Source: Chiloscyllium plagiosum (taxonomy: Eukaryota). From it: 43,423 nucleotides of DNA. The position numbers and the translations under genes are program-made. The stretch is taken from positions 19,059,346 through 19,102,768 of the forward strand of contig NC_057750.1 of NCBI RefSeq assembly GCF_004010195.1, in the 5' to 3' direction. Shown in pieces: positions 1-11,004 of the stretch (position 1 is the stretch's first letter; every line of letters starts with the position of its first letter). Below the pieces are notes generated by a model. The model searched no databases. It saw only the letters and a program-made list of their open reading frames with translations, and had not been told where the DNA came from.

Positions 1-80
1 TCTGACTGTCCTCAGTCCCACTCTGACTGTCCTCATTCTCACTCTGACTGACCTAAATTCCATTCTGACTGATCCCACTC
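1..80. repeat. ~21-bp minisatellite (ctctgactgtcctcagtccca), ~4 degenerate copies, cut by window edge
   Basis: tctgactg recurs about every 21 nt. Confidence 0.75.
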
Positions 81-182
81 CTCAGGTATTACCCAATTGC
101 TCCTGGCTCTGTTCACTCCCAAGTTTGCTGTGCTGTGGTATGCTGCCATCGCCGTATGTGAAGAGAGATTAAACATTGAAAC

Positions 183-540
183 TAAGAAAATAAGAATAGG
201 ATTAGACAATTCAGCCCTCTGAGTCTGCTCTGCCATTCAATATAATTGTGGCTGATCATGCAACACAGAACCCTGTCCCTGCTTTCTTCCCATCGAGGGC
301 CAAAGGGCCTGTACTGTGCTATAACGTTCTATGTTCTGTACAATTTGATCCTTTTAGCCTAAGAACTACATTTAATTCTATATTCAATATTTAGCCTCAA
401 GTGCTTTATGTAGCAGCTAATTACAGGTTCACCACTCTCTTGGTGAAGACATTCCCCCTCATCTCAGTTCAAAGTGGCCTATCTTTTATCCTTAAATTGT
501 CATCCCTGGTTCTGGACTCCCTGGTCATTGGGAACATCCA
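183..540 (-). mobile_element. Degraded CR1 LINE 3' fragment; contains a short + strand CR1-type tail at ~293-338
   Basis: Reverse complement resembles the CR1 3' ends at 557-920 and 7995-8380. Confidence 0.7.
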
Positions 541-556
541 TTCATTTTGGAATTTT

Positions 557-920
557 ATGGGGATCTCATCGAAAGATATAAAATTCTGACAGAACTGGAT
601 AGACTGGAAGTGGGGCTGATGATTCCCCTGGCAATGTGTTCCAGAACAAAGGGTCACAGTCTGACGATTGAGAATGAGATGAGGAGAAATCTCTTTTCTC
701 AGCGGGTGGTGAACCTGAGGATTCTCTACTACAGAAGGCAGTGGATGCCTCAGTCCCCAAATAAACGTGAGAAATAAGCCAATTTCTAAAGGCTAGAAGT
801 CAAGGAGAATGGGGAGAAAGCAGGAGTACAACGTTGAAATAAATGTGAAAAAGTATAATCATGTTGATTTGAGGAGCAGGAGTGATGGCCAAATGGTAAT
901 GTCCTACTCCTATTTTCTAT
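557..920 (+). mobile_element. Degraded CR1 LINE 3' fragment
   Basis: GDLIERYKIL...SRTKGHSL...RRNLFSQRVVNL is the CR1 ORF2 C-terminus. Confidence 0.85.
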
Positions 921-1009
921 CCCCAGCATCTCAGCATTATGCCAATTCAATTTGCCTCAAGTGATATCAAGAAATCACTGAAAGCATTGGATTATGCAAA
1001 GTCTGCGCC

Positions 1010-1270
1010 ATGGGGCAGAGTAGTTAACACTGCAGCCTCACAACATCATGGAACTCAGCTTCGATTCCACTCTTGGATGACTGTTTGTGTAGAGTTTACA
1101 CATTCTCCTCATGTGTAAATGGGTTTCCCCTGGGTACTCCTCCCACAGTCCAAAGTCGTGCAGGCTAGGTGGATTAGCCATGGGGAAATGGAGGGGGTGG
1201 GTCTGGGCAAGATGGTCTTAGGAGGATCGGTGAGACTGGATGGGCTGCTTCCAAACTGCAGAGATTCCAT
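1010..1270 (+). mobile_element. Older HE1-like tRNA-derived SINE
   Basis: Diverged copy of 1622-1955. Confidence 0.75.
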
Positions 1271-1621
1271 TGAAAACATTCTGGCAAAGTTCAGAAGACA
1301 TGCTCCAGAACTTGTTGCACCACTAGCCGAACTGTTCCAATGTGGCTACAACATTGGCATTTACCCTGCTATGTAGAACTGTGCTCAGGCTGGTCCTGTT
1401 CACAAAATGCAATACCCATCCAAGCTGATCATCTCTCCACTCTACACTTAATCGTGAGCAAAATGATAGTAAGTGTCATTGACAATGCTATCTGTTCACT
1501 GACACTAACTTTGGGTTCCATCTGGCCCCATCAGCTCCTGAACACATTACAGCCTTGGTCCAAGCATGGACAAAAAAAAATGACTGAACTCCCATTGGTA
1601 AGTGAGAATAACTGCTCCTAA

Positions 1622-1955
1622 CGGCACGGTGGCACAGTGGTTAGCACTGCTGCCTCACAGCGCCAGAGACCCGGGTTCACTTCCCGCCTCAGGCGACTGA
1701 CTGTGTGGAGTTTGCACGTTCTCCCCGTGTCTGCGTGGGTTTCCTCCGGGTGCTCCGGTTTCCTCCCACAGTCCAAAGATGTGCAGGTCAGGTTAAATGG
1801 CCATGCTAAATTGCCCGTAGTGTTAGGTGAAGGGGTAAATGTAAATGTAGGTTGTTGAGGTATGGGTGGGTTGCGCTTCGGCGGGTTGGTGTGAACTTGT
1901 TGGGCCGAAGGGCCTGTTTCCACACTGTAATGTAATGTAATGTAATGTAATCTAA
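1622..1955 (+). mobile_element. Young HE1-type tRNA-derived SINE
   Basis: A box tggcacagtgg, B box gggttcacttccc, core gtgtggagtttgcacgttctcc, CR1-like 3' end, (tgtaa)n tail, CpGs retained. Confidence 0.9.
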
Positions 1956-2724
1956 TATCAAAGCCAGCATTTGACCAAGCATTGCATCAAGCACTTGAAC
2001 AAAACTGGAAACAAAGAAAATCGGGGGGGGGGGGGAGACCTTCTCTTTGTTGGAGCCATACAAAGCTCTCATTGACATGACATGAATGCAGGGCTTCCAC
2101 AGGATTGAATCCAAGGCCCAGCCTTCATCAGAAAGTCCAAAGTGAGGATGTTGACTGATGTTTGCACAATGCTGAATCCATTGTGGGGAGGGGTTGGCAC
2201 ATTCGTAATATATTTGAACTAGTGTCCAGAATCCCATGCTAATAGAGCCATAGAAATGATACAGCATAAAAGGATGTCATTCAGCCCATCTTGTTCATGC
2301 CAACCCAAAGACACTCAGGTGCCCTTTCTGTAGCATTCCATTCTTTTGCGAATTCGGTATCATACTGTAACCAGCTGTGCTGCAAGAGTAAGGCTTCTCA
2401 TTTCTGCATGGAAATAGACAGCTGCTTGTCACATTTGTTGTTCGCGTGTTAGGTGACAACTGTCTAAGACAGCCAAAGGACAACCGAAGATGTCATAAGC
2501 ACCTATAAATTTGACACCTGTAATTAACCGAGGAAGCATTCATGTTTTCTGAGCAATAAAGGTCACGGACACTCTTGCAATCCACGATGCATCCCTGAAA
2601 TGCTCCCTATTTTGGTTATTTTAAGCCTTTATTTTTGTAATAGCAGATGAATGCTCCTTCCTTGCCAGGTCCAAAATGTGATTTCTTGTCATTGACGGCC
2701 TGAACCAGGAACTCCGTACATCGG

Positions 2725-2779
2725 TCACAGAATGTTGACGCTGTTCCACCCTGGCTTTCGGCCGTGGGTCTTCAGCCAC
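2725..2779 (-). CDS. Candidate terminal coding exon of an unidentified gene (WLKTHGRKPGWNSVNIL*)
   Basis: Minus-strand acceptor ctttgttcattcccatcctggcag|G, TGA at 2727-2725, AATAAA about 95 nt downstream, non-repetitive CpG-retaining sequence; no homology recognised. Confidence 0.3.
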
Positions 2780-2844
2780 CTGCCAGGATGGGAATGAACA
2801 AAGTGCGTGGGTCAGTATGGGTGTTTTGGCACATGCCAATAAGG

Positions 2845-3990
2845 AATTAGAATGAGAATTAACTTTTATTGTCACATGCACTCAAGTGCAGGGATAAATA
2901 AGTACAGTGAAAAGTCTGAAAAATGACCATTTCTGGTGCCAACATAGGTACAAAGGTGCCTATTAGGTATATATTAGAAAAATAAAGACATAAAGTTAAA
3001 AGTTCAGCATTACATTCCAAAGAGAGGAAAAATAATAAAATCATCGGAGCAGACGAGTCTTTGCTGGGTTTTGATTCAGGTCCACACTGGGCCTCACCTT
3101 GAGGCTGGGAGTACACACTGTCCTTCACCTCCAGGCAGGGAGTACACACAGTCCTCCACCTCGAGACCAGGAGTACCTGCTGAACCTCACCTTGAGACCA
3201 TGTTGATATGCTGTCCTTCACCTCGAGGTGGGGAGTACACGCTGTATTCACCTTGAGGTTGGGAGTACACACTGCCCTTAACCTCGAGACCAGGGGTACG
3301 CACTGCCCTTCACCTTGATGCTGGGAGTACGCACTGCCCTTCACCTCAGGGCCAAATGTACCCTCTATCCTTCATCTGTAGGCCGGGAGTATGCACCGCC
3401 CTTCACCTCAGGGCCAGGAGTACCTGCTGTCCCTCACTTCAGACCCAGGGGTACACAGTACCCTGCACCTCAGGGCTAGGAGTACACACTGCCCTTCACC
3501 TCAGGGCTCAGGAATACACACTGCCCTGCACCTCAAGTCCAGGAGTACACGCTGTCCCTCACCTCGAGACCAGGGGTACATGCTGTCCCTCACCTTGAGA
3601 CCAGGTGTAAATGCTGTCCTTCACCTCAAGGTGGGGAGTACCCACTGTCCCTCACCTCAGGGCCAGGAGTACATGCTGTCCTCCACCTCAAGTTGGGGAG
3701 TTCATGCTGCCCTGCACGTCAGGGCCAGGAGTACACACAGTCCTTCACCTCAGGGCCGGGAGTGCACGCTGCCCTTCACCTCAGGGCCAGGGGTACACAC
3801 AGTCCTTCACCTCAGGGCCAGGAGTAAACGTTGCCCTTCACCTCAGGGCCAGAAGTACCCAATGTCCTTCACCTCAGGACCAGGAGCACACGCTGCCCTT
3901 CACCTCAGGGTGAAGGGCATCTAACCTAGTACACACTGTCCTTTACCTCAGGTCCAGGAGTCCATGCTGGGCTTCCCCTGAAGACCAGGT
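2845..3990 (-). mobile_element. Putative non-autonomous composite retroposon: 31-bp VNTR plus Rex1/Babar-type 3' tail
   Basis: Reverse complement of 2845-2970 aligns by eye with 23815-23925 and with the Rex tail at 6830-6880. Confidence 0.55.
3079..3990. repeat. 31-bp minisatellite (ggagtacacactgtccttcacctcagggcca), ~29 copies
   Basis: Visible periodicity; overlapping ORFs repeat every 31 aa (3 units). Confidence 0.95.
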
Positions 3991-4416
3991 GTTTCCATGC
4001 TGAGCACTTGTTTCCCATGTGAGTATTGTCTGTAGTGAAGTCTGAAGGCTGAGTTGCCTTTGCCTTAGCAGTTTGCAATTCATAATAGCACAAGTCAGCA
4101 CCCATCTCCCAGGTGCTCTGCTAACCCTTGCGGCACTGGTTGGTTTGGCACACTTAGCAGACGCTGCCCAGTGAATTAAGAGGCAGGAAGCTGGAAGAAC
4201 ACAGCAGGTCAGTCAGCATCAGGAGGTTAAGAAGTCAACGTTTCTTCATTGCATCTAACCTAGTGAATTAAGAGAGGCAGGCAACGATACTGAAAATGGT
4301 GGTCTGAAGATAAATGACACAAGCAGTATGCAGAAGGCTTGTTAATTGAGTGGGCAAACATTTGGCAGATGGAATGTGATGTGGGAAAATCAAAGTTGAT
4401 GCATCTTGGCAAGAAT

Positions 4417-5540
4417 ATTGATTGATTTATTGCCACATGTACCAAGAGACAGTGTGAAGTGTTGTTTTGCATGCTTTACAGGCAAATTGTAACATACAAA
4501 GTGAATCAGGGTGCAGAGTGCAAAATACAGTGTCATAGCTGCAGGTAGGGAGAGATCAGAATTAACATTTGGTAGGTCTATTCAAAAGTCTGATAACAGC
4601 AGGTAAGAAACTGTTCTTGAACCTATGTCTACATGCATTCAAACTCCTATATCTTTGGCCCGACAGAAGAGGGTGGAAGAGGTTGTAACTGGGGGTCTTT
4701 GATTATGCTGGCTGCTTTCCCGAGGCAGTGGGAAGTATGGTTGGTTTGTGTGATGGACTGAGCTGTGTTCATGACACTCTGTAGTTTCTTATGGTCTTGC
4801 TGTGATGCATCCAAATAGGATGCTTTCTATGGTGCATCTATAAAAAATGAGAAGAGTGATTGTGGACATGCTAAATGTTCTGAAGAGGTAGAGATGTTGT
4901 GCTTTCTTGACTGACACATCGATATGGGTGGACCAGGACAGGTAGTTGGTAACCATCACTCCCAGGACCTTGATACTGTCAACCATCTCCACCTCAACAC
5001 CGTTGATGCAAGCAGGGGTGAACCCTCCACTCCACTTCCTGAAGTCGATGACCAGCTTCTTCGTTTTGTGAGTTTGATGGAGAGATTATTGTCTGTACAC
5101 CATGATGCTAAGCACTCAATCTCCTTCTTATATTCTGTGTCATCGTTGTTTGAGATCCAACCTACAATGGTGGTGTCAACAACAAACTTTGGCGAAAGTG
5201 CATACTGCAGATGCTGGAGATTAGAGTCAAGATTAGAGTAGTGCTGGAAAAGCACAGCAGGTCAGGCAGCATCCGAGGAGCAGGAAAGTTGATTTTTCGG
5301 ACAAAAGCCCTTCATCAGGAGATCTTTTGCCTGAAACATAGATTTTTCTGCTCCTCAGATGCTGCCTGACCTACTGTGCTTTTCCAACACCACTCTAATT
5401 ATCAACAAACTTGTCAATGGAGTTGGGGTGGAACTTGGCCACACAGTAGTGAGTGTATACAGAATATAGCAGAAGGGTGTAGTGCACAGCCTTGCAGGGC
5501 ACCCGTGTTAAGGATTATGGTGGAGGAGGATTTGTCACCA
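4417..5540 (-). mobile_element. Rex1/Babar LINE 3' fragment
   Basis: DTTIVGWISNNDDTEYKKEI..WCTDNNLSI and FYRCTIESILFGCITA are Rex1-type RT motifs; gcaataaa(tcaa)n tail. Confidence 0.85.
5190..5400. mobile_element. Palindromic mini-element made of inverted Penelope-like (P2) termini
   Basis: Arms ~5233-5305 and ~5323-5398 are reverse complements; caacaaactt duplicated on both sides. Confidence 0.75.
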
Positions 5541-5894
5541 ATTTCAAGGAATAAAGGATCTGAAAAATATTAAGTGACGAAAGATTGCATAAAGCTACAG
5601 AGCAGAGGGATTTGGGACTCCTTGTCCATGAACCTCAAGAAGTTAACATTGAGGGTCAGTGGGGAGTAGGGAAGGCAAATGCAATACTGGTATTTATTTC
5701 AAAGTGAATGGTGTATTAAAGTAGGAAGATTTTGCTGATATTGTACAAAGCATGGGTCAGGCCACAGTTGAAAATATGAACAGTCTTGAACACATTATCA
5801 AAGGAAAGACATCATGGTATTGCAGGCAACCCGGAGAATGCTCACTACGCTAATATCAGGCATGGAGAGACTGTAGTTTACAGAAAGGTTGAGC

Positions 5895-5985
5895 TGAAAA
5901 TGTGTTGCTGGAAAAGCGCAGCATGTCAGGCAGCATCCAAGGAACAGGCGAATCGACGTTTCGGGCATAAGCCCTTCTCCAGTTT
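5895..5985 (-). mobile_element. Penelope-like P2 terminal fragment
   Basis: Matches the end of the GIY-YIG-bearing copy at 11597-12146. Confidence 0.7.
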
Positions 5986-6155
5986 GAGCTGCTTGGGATG
6001 TATACATTGCAATTTAATAGTTTACTGATCTGACTAATTGAGTTTTTAAAAAGGTGACTAAACACAATGATAAGGCTAATGTAATTGATTGTGGTTTACA
6101 TGGACTTCAGTGAAGCCTTTGTGACAAACTCCCACATGGAAGGCTGGTCTGAAAA

Positions 6156-6348
6156 GTCAGTTTCGGAGAAACCATTCCCTCCGTGACTCCCTTGTCAGTT
6201 TCGGAGAGACCATTCCCTCCGTGACTCCCTTGTCAGTTTCGGAGAGACCATTCCTCCGTGACTCCCTTGTCAGTTTCGGAGAGACCATTCCGTCCGCGAC
6301 TCCCTTGTCAGTTTCGGAGAGACCATTTTCTCCATGACTCTCTTATCA
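6156..6348 (+). repeat. 38-bp tandem repeat x5 at the CR1/Penelope junction
   Basis: gtcagtttcggagagaccattccctccgtgactccctt starts at 6156, 6194, 6232, 6269, 6307. Confidence 0.95.
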
Positions 6349-6545
6349 GATTCACACCCTGCACCAGCCCCGCACCCCCCAACTCCCGGTACCTTCCCCT
6401 GCCACCACAAGAAGTGCAAAACCTGTGCCCATACCTCCTCCATCACCTCCACTCAAGGCCCAAAGATCCTTCCACATCCATCAGACATGTACCTGTAATG
6501 ACCCAGGATGCCAACTTGCGGATCATTTCAGAGAACATCGCTGGG
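6161..6545 (+). mobile_element. Penelope-like ORF fragment (linker and GIY-YIG region)
   Basis: FRRDHFLHDSLIR, PGTFPCHHKKCKTC, LADHFREH. Confidence 0.75.
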
Positions 6546-6559
6546 ACTGCTGTCAAGGA

Positions 6560-6880
6560 AAGGCCACCAGTATTCTTAAAGATCTATCCCGCCCTGGCAA
6601 TGTTTTTCCAAAACCTCTACCATCGAGGAGAAGGTACAGAAGCCTGAACACACATACTAGCCAGTTTAGTAACAGTTTCTACTCTACTGTTGTTAGAATA
6701 CTGAATGGACTCACAAACTCTTAACATTCGCTTGTACCCGTGTTTTTGTTTTTGTTGCTGTTTACCTATTATTTAGTATCTATGCTACTTAACTAGATGA
6801 TCTGCCTGTATTGCTTGCAAGACAAAGGGTTTCACTGTACCTCAGTACAAGTGACAATAAATTCAATTCAATTCAATTCA
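6560..6880 (+). mobile_element. Rex1/Babar LINE 3' end
   Basis: SILKDLSRPG..PLPSRRRYRSLNTHTSQFSNSFY; gtgacaataaa(ttcaa)n tail. Confidence 0.85.
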
Positions 6881-7191
6881 ATGGTGGAGGATTGATTTTG
6901 TGATGGGAACCTTGTGACTAATGGTGTACCACAGGGATAAGTGCTGAGATCCTTGTTGTTGCTGTGCACATTAACAACTTGGATGTGAATATAGAAGGTA
7001 CAAATGGTAAACTTACAGATGGCACCAAAGTTGGCTGTTGATAGTGAGGAGGATGGTCTCAGGCTACAGCCTGATATTGATCAGCCGGTAAGTTGGCAGA
7101 GCAATGACAGATGGAATTTAACCTTGAGAACTGTGAAGTTGTACATTTTGGTAGGTTTAATAGAGGAAGGATACACACAATGAATGGTAGG

Positions 7192-7350
7192 TCCCTAGAG
7201 AGTACTGAGGAACAAAGCAACCTTGGTTTACAAAGCCATAGATCCCTGGGGAGTACTGAGGAACAGAGAAACCTTGGTTTACAAGGCCATAGATCCCTGG
7301 GGAGTACTGAGGAACAGAGAAACCTTGGTTTACAAGGCCATAGATCCCTG
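7192..7350 (+). repeat. 51-bp in-frame triplication inside CR1
   Basis: STEEQ(S/R)NLGLQ(S/G)HRSL occurs three times. Confidence 0.95.
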
Positions 7351-7994
7351 AAGGTGTCAGCACAAACAGATACAATGGTGAAGACAGTATACAGGATGTT
7401 GGCCTTCATTATCTGGGATGTAAAGTATAAGAGCAAGAAAGTCTAGTTGTAAGTTTATCAAGCATTGCTTAGGCCATAGATGGCCTACTGATGCAGTTCT
7501 GGTTACCACACTATTGGAAGGACGTGATGGCGCTGGAGAAGAGATCCACCAGGAGAGTACCTGGGATGGAAAGTTTCAGATATGAGGAGAGACTGGGAAA
7601 GGCTGGAGCTTTGCCTGGAGCAGTGGAGGCTGAGAGGGTATCTGTTTGAGATATGTAAAATTATAAGAGGAAAGGATGATTGTGAGAATCTTTTCCCCAT
7701 GGCAGATGCATCTAAGGGTGTGAGTTTAAGGTGAAGAGTAAGTAGAATTAAGAGGATCTGAGGAGATTGTTTTTCAGCGAGAGCTGATAGAAGTGCTGCC
7801 AGAGAGGATGATGGAAATAGGTACTCTTGCAACATTTAACAAGCATCTGGACAATCACTTCAAATGCCAGGGTGTAATTGGCTATGTACATTTGCAGCTA
7901 AATAGGATGAGTGTAGTTTGTTGTTTGCACAGACATTGTGAGCTGAAGGGACTGTTTCTGTGCTGTTCGACTCAATGACTCTAAGATTGTAAGA

Positions 7995-8380
7995 ATGAAT
8001 GGTGACGTCTTTGAAACGCACAGGACTTAATGGGGAATTGACAGGCTAGGCGCAGAAAGGTTGAATCCTCTTGTGAGACAGTTTCTGACTAGAGGATGAA
8101 ATCTCTGAATAAGGGTCGCAGATTTGAGATAAGAAGGAAATTCTTCTCTTGAAAGGGTCATAAATCTGTGTAATTCTTTCCCACAGAGGACTGTCAAGGA
8201 AGACTCATTAAATATGATCAAGACTAAGTGGGAGAGATTTTTAATCAGTAAGGGAATCAAAAATGATGGGGAAAAGGCAGGAGAGTGGAGTTGACGCCTA
8301 TCGATCAACCTCAATCCCAGTGAATGGTGGAACAGTCCTGTTAGGCTGAATGGCCTACTTCTGTTCCTGGATCTTATATG
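7995..8380 (+). mobile_element. CR1 3' fragment
   Basis: Ends ggctgaatggcctacttctgttcct like other CR1 tails. Confidence 0.75.
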
Positions 8381-8384
8381 AACA

Positions 8385-8960
8385 AAGAGCAAGAGTAGAA
8401 CACCCAGACCTCTGAGCCTGCTGCACACTTGATAAGATCATAGACTACTTGGTTTTAACCTTAACTTGACATTCCTGCATCTTCCCAAAAGTCCCCTTGG
8501 TCCCCTATGGTTACCTGAAAAATATTTAAAAGATTCTGCATCCACTGTGCTTTAAGGAAGGAAATTCCAAAGACTCACAACTCTCTGAGGAAAACAAAAT
8601 CCTCATCTCTGTTTTAAGTGGGCACACCCTGATTTTTAAACTGTGACCCCCACCCCCCCTTGTTCAAGTTTATCCCACAAGAGGAAACATTATTTTTAAC
8701 ATCCACTTGGTCAACTCCCCTCAGGATTGTATATGTTTTGATATTGTCACATCCGATTCTTCTATACTGTGGAGTAAACAAGGAGGAAGTGAGGAATGCA
8801 GATGCTGGAGATCAGAGTCCAGAGTGTGGTGCTGGAAAAGCACAGCAGGTGATCCGAGGAGCAGGAAAATTGACGCTCTGGGCATGAGCCCTTCATCAGG
8901 AATACAAGCCTAGTTTGTTTAGCCTTTCTGTGTTCCAGCTCATTCTAGGTATGAGTCTGG
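8385..8960 (-). mobile_element. Old CR1 3' fragment with a P2 terminus inserted at ~8782-8902
   Basis: Reverse complement resembles the CR1 3' region; insert carries gcagatgctggagatcagagtc. Confidence 0.65.
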
Positions 8961-9659
8961 TGGTCTTACTGTGTCCAGAAATTAGCCTGGAACTGAGCTG
9001 CTGGTGTCACTGCACTATTCCAGGTGTTTAATAGTTTCCACCCAGCCAGCCCCTCCCCAGGATAAGAATACTATAAGAATACAGTCTGTCCTCTATAACA
9101 GAGATAGGTTTGCGAGGTTGGGAAATTGCCCATGTCCCAGCGACTGTCTTCTTCCCAAAAGTACACTGCCCTATACTACTATTATTAACTGTTGTCTCAT
9201 TCCTCTTCTCTGTCCCACCCACACATCAACTCCCAAGCAATTTTGCTCTGTATCCTCCCACAACCCAAAGGGGAAACCTATAAATCTGACAAATGTTGCA
9301 TACCTGTCTGACTTGTCTTGTATGTTTCAAAAAGAAGGCTCAGTCTGACCATTGTTTTCATTTCAAGTGTTATTGGTTCTTTACTGGTTTTTCCCTCTGG
9401 GAAAGTTTGGGCTCCTCCGGTACAATCCTTGGGATGCCTGCAGCAAACTGTGAAGTTCTCTCCCACAACCACTCCACCCTGTCCCAGGCTTGGGATCGAC
9501 TTACAAACTTTTGGGTCCTTGATCCTGTAAATGTCAGCTCACCCACTGGAGAATTCAGCCCTGCCATTTTCTTTGCAATCCTCCTTGAATTACTCTTTTT
9601 GCATACAGATTCCCCCATTTCATTACCTTCTTTGTAATCAGACCCGTTTGATAACGGTG

Positions 9660-9878
9660 GGAGAAAGTGGGGACTGCAGATGCTGGAGATCAGAGTTGAA
9701 AAGTGTGGCGCTGGAAAAGCACAGCTGCTCAGGCAGCATCCAAGGAGCAAGAGAATCGAGGTTTTGGGCATAAGCCCGAAATTCCTGATGAAGGGACGAT
9801 GTTCAAATGTCGATTCTCCTGCTCCTCAGCTGCTGCCTGACCTGTTGTGCTTTTACAGTGCCACACGTTTTGACTCTG
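9660..9878. mobile_element. Palindromic mini-element made of inverted P2 termini
   Basis: Arms ~9690-9777 and ~9792-9878; gttt(g/a)ataac on both flanks. Confidence 0.75.
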
Positions 9879-10125
9879 TTTAATAACCCTCCCTATGAGC
9901 AAACCATTTCAAATTCCTTTGGAACAGATTGTATGGATTTTATGGAACCTGCACATCAGAAAACATGACATGAGGGGTGACTGAAATAGGCAGCATGTGA
10001 AATTTTGATTACTCAGCAGCAGTTTGATATCTATTATAAAGTCAGCAATGCCAACTATCAACATCCTGAGGGGCTATGATTGACCAGAAACTAAACTGGA
10101 ATCAACACAGTAGTTACAAGAGTAG

Positions 10126-10815
10126 TGTCATAGAGATGTACAGCACAGAAACAGAACCTTCAGTCCAACTTGTCCATACCGACCAGATATCCTAATCTAG
10201 TCCTATTCACCAGCACTTGGCCTCTAAACCCTTCTGAGTCATATACCCATCCAGATGCCTTTTAAATGCTGTAATTGTACCAGCTTCTACCCCTTCCTCT
10301 GGCAGCTCATTCCATGCCTACACCACCCTCTGTGTGAAAAAGTTGCTCCTTAGGTCCCTTTTAACTCTTTCCCCTTTCAGTGTAAACCTATGCCCTTTAG
10401 ATTAGGTTAGATTACATTACATTACAGTGTGGAAACAGGCCCTTTGGCCCAACAAGTCCACACCGACCCGCCGAAGCGCAACCCACCCATACCCCTACAT
10501 TTACCCCTTACCTAACACTACGGGCAATTTAGCATGGCCAACTCACCTGACCTGCACATCTTTGGACTGTGGGAGGAAACCGGAGCACCCGGAGGAAACC
10601 CACGCAGACACGGGGAGAACGTGCAAACTCCACCCAGTCAGTCGCCTGAGGCGGGAATTGAACCCGGGTCTCCGGCGCTGTGAGGCAGCAGTGCTAACCA
10701 CTGTGCCACCATGCCGCCCACCACGGACTCCACCATCCTAAGGAAAAATCCTTGTCTATTTACCCTTTCCATGCTCCTCATGATTTTATAAACCTCTATA
10801 AGGTCACCCCTCAGC
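10126..10815 (-). mobile_element. CR1 3' fragment interrupted by a SINE
   Basis: LRGDLIEVYKIMR on the minus strand; same family as the end of 18470-20825. Confidence 0.85.
10397..10719 (-). mobile_element. Young HE1-type SINE
   Basis: Near-identical to the reverse complement of 1622-1955. Confidence 0.9.
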
Positions 10816-11004
10816 AGACCACAGATTAGGAATCCCTCAGCAAGTAACCTAGCTCCTGACTCCGCAAAGCTTGTCCACCATCTACAAGGCACAAAGCAGG
10901 AGGGTGATGAAATACTGTGCATTTGATGGATGAGTGTAGTTTTAACAATGTTCAAGAAGCTTGATACCATCAGGACAAAGCAGCCCACATGACTGGCACT
11001 AGGT

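Larger units (their letters stand above)
921..2240 (+). mobile_element. Degraded RT region of a second CR1-group LINE (LINE B), interrupted by two SINEs
   Basis: HAPELVAPLAELFQCGYNIGIYPAM resembles the LINE RT N-terminal block; the sequence resumes across both SINEs. Confidence 0.65.
4310..5830 (+). mobile_element. Old CR1 RT fragment (4310-4415 and 5545-5830) split by a Rex1/Babar insertion
   Basis: gagtgggcaaacatttggcagatggaa (EWANIWQME); CR1 sequence continues after 5545. Confidence 0.7.
6030..7985 (+). mobile_element. Degraded CR1 RT and 3' end, hosting Penelope and Rex fragments
   Basis: VYMDFSEAF, NGVPQG and QMEFNLENCEVVHFGRFN motifs; 3' tail near 7960-7985. Confidence 0.85.

Noticed and set aside
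1622..1700. tRNA gene, and CACAGTG as a V(D)J heptamer
   Set aside because: This is the SINE head; no spaced nonamer or Ig/TCR segment nearby
2647..2800. + strand exon with TGA read as selenocysteine
   Set aside because: All three frames stop and no SECIS or selenoprotein motif is visible
3079..3990. CRISPR-like array, or the 177-aa ORF as a gene
   Set aside because: No unique spacers; the ORFs simply reflect the 31-bp period
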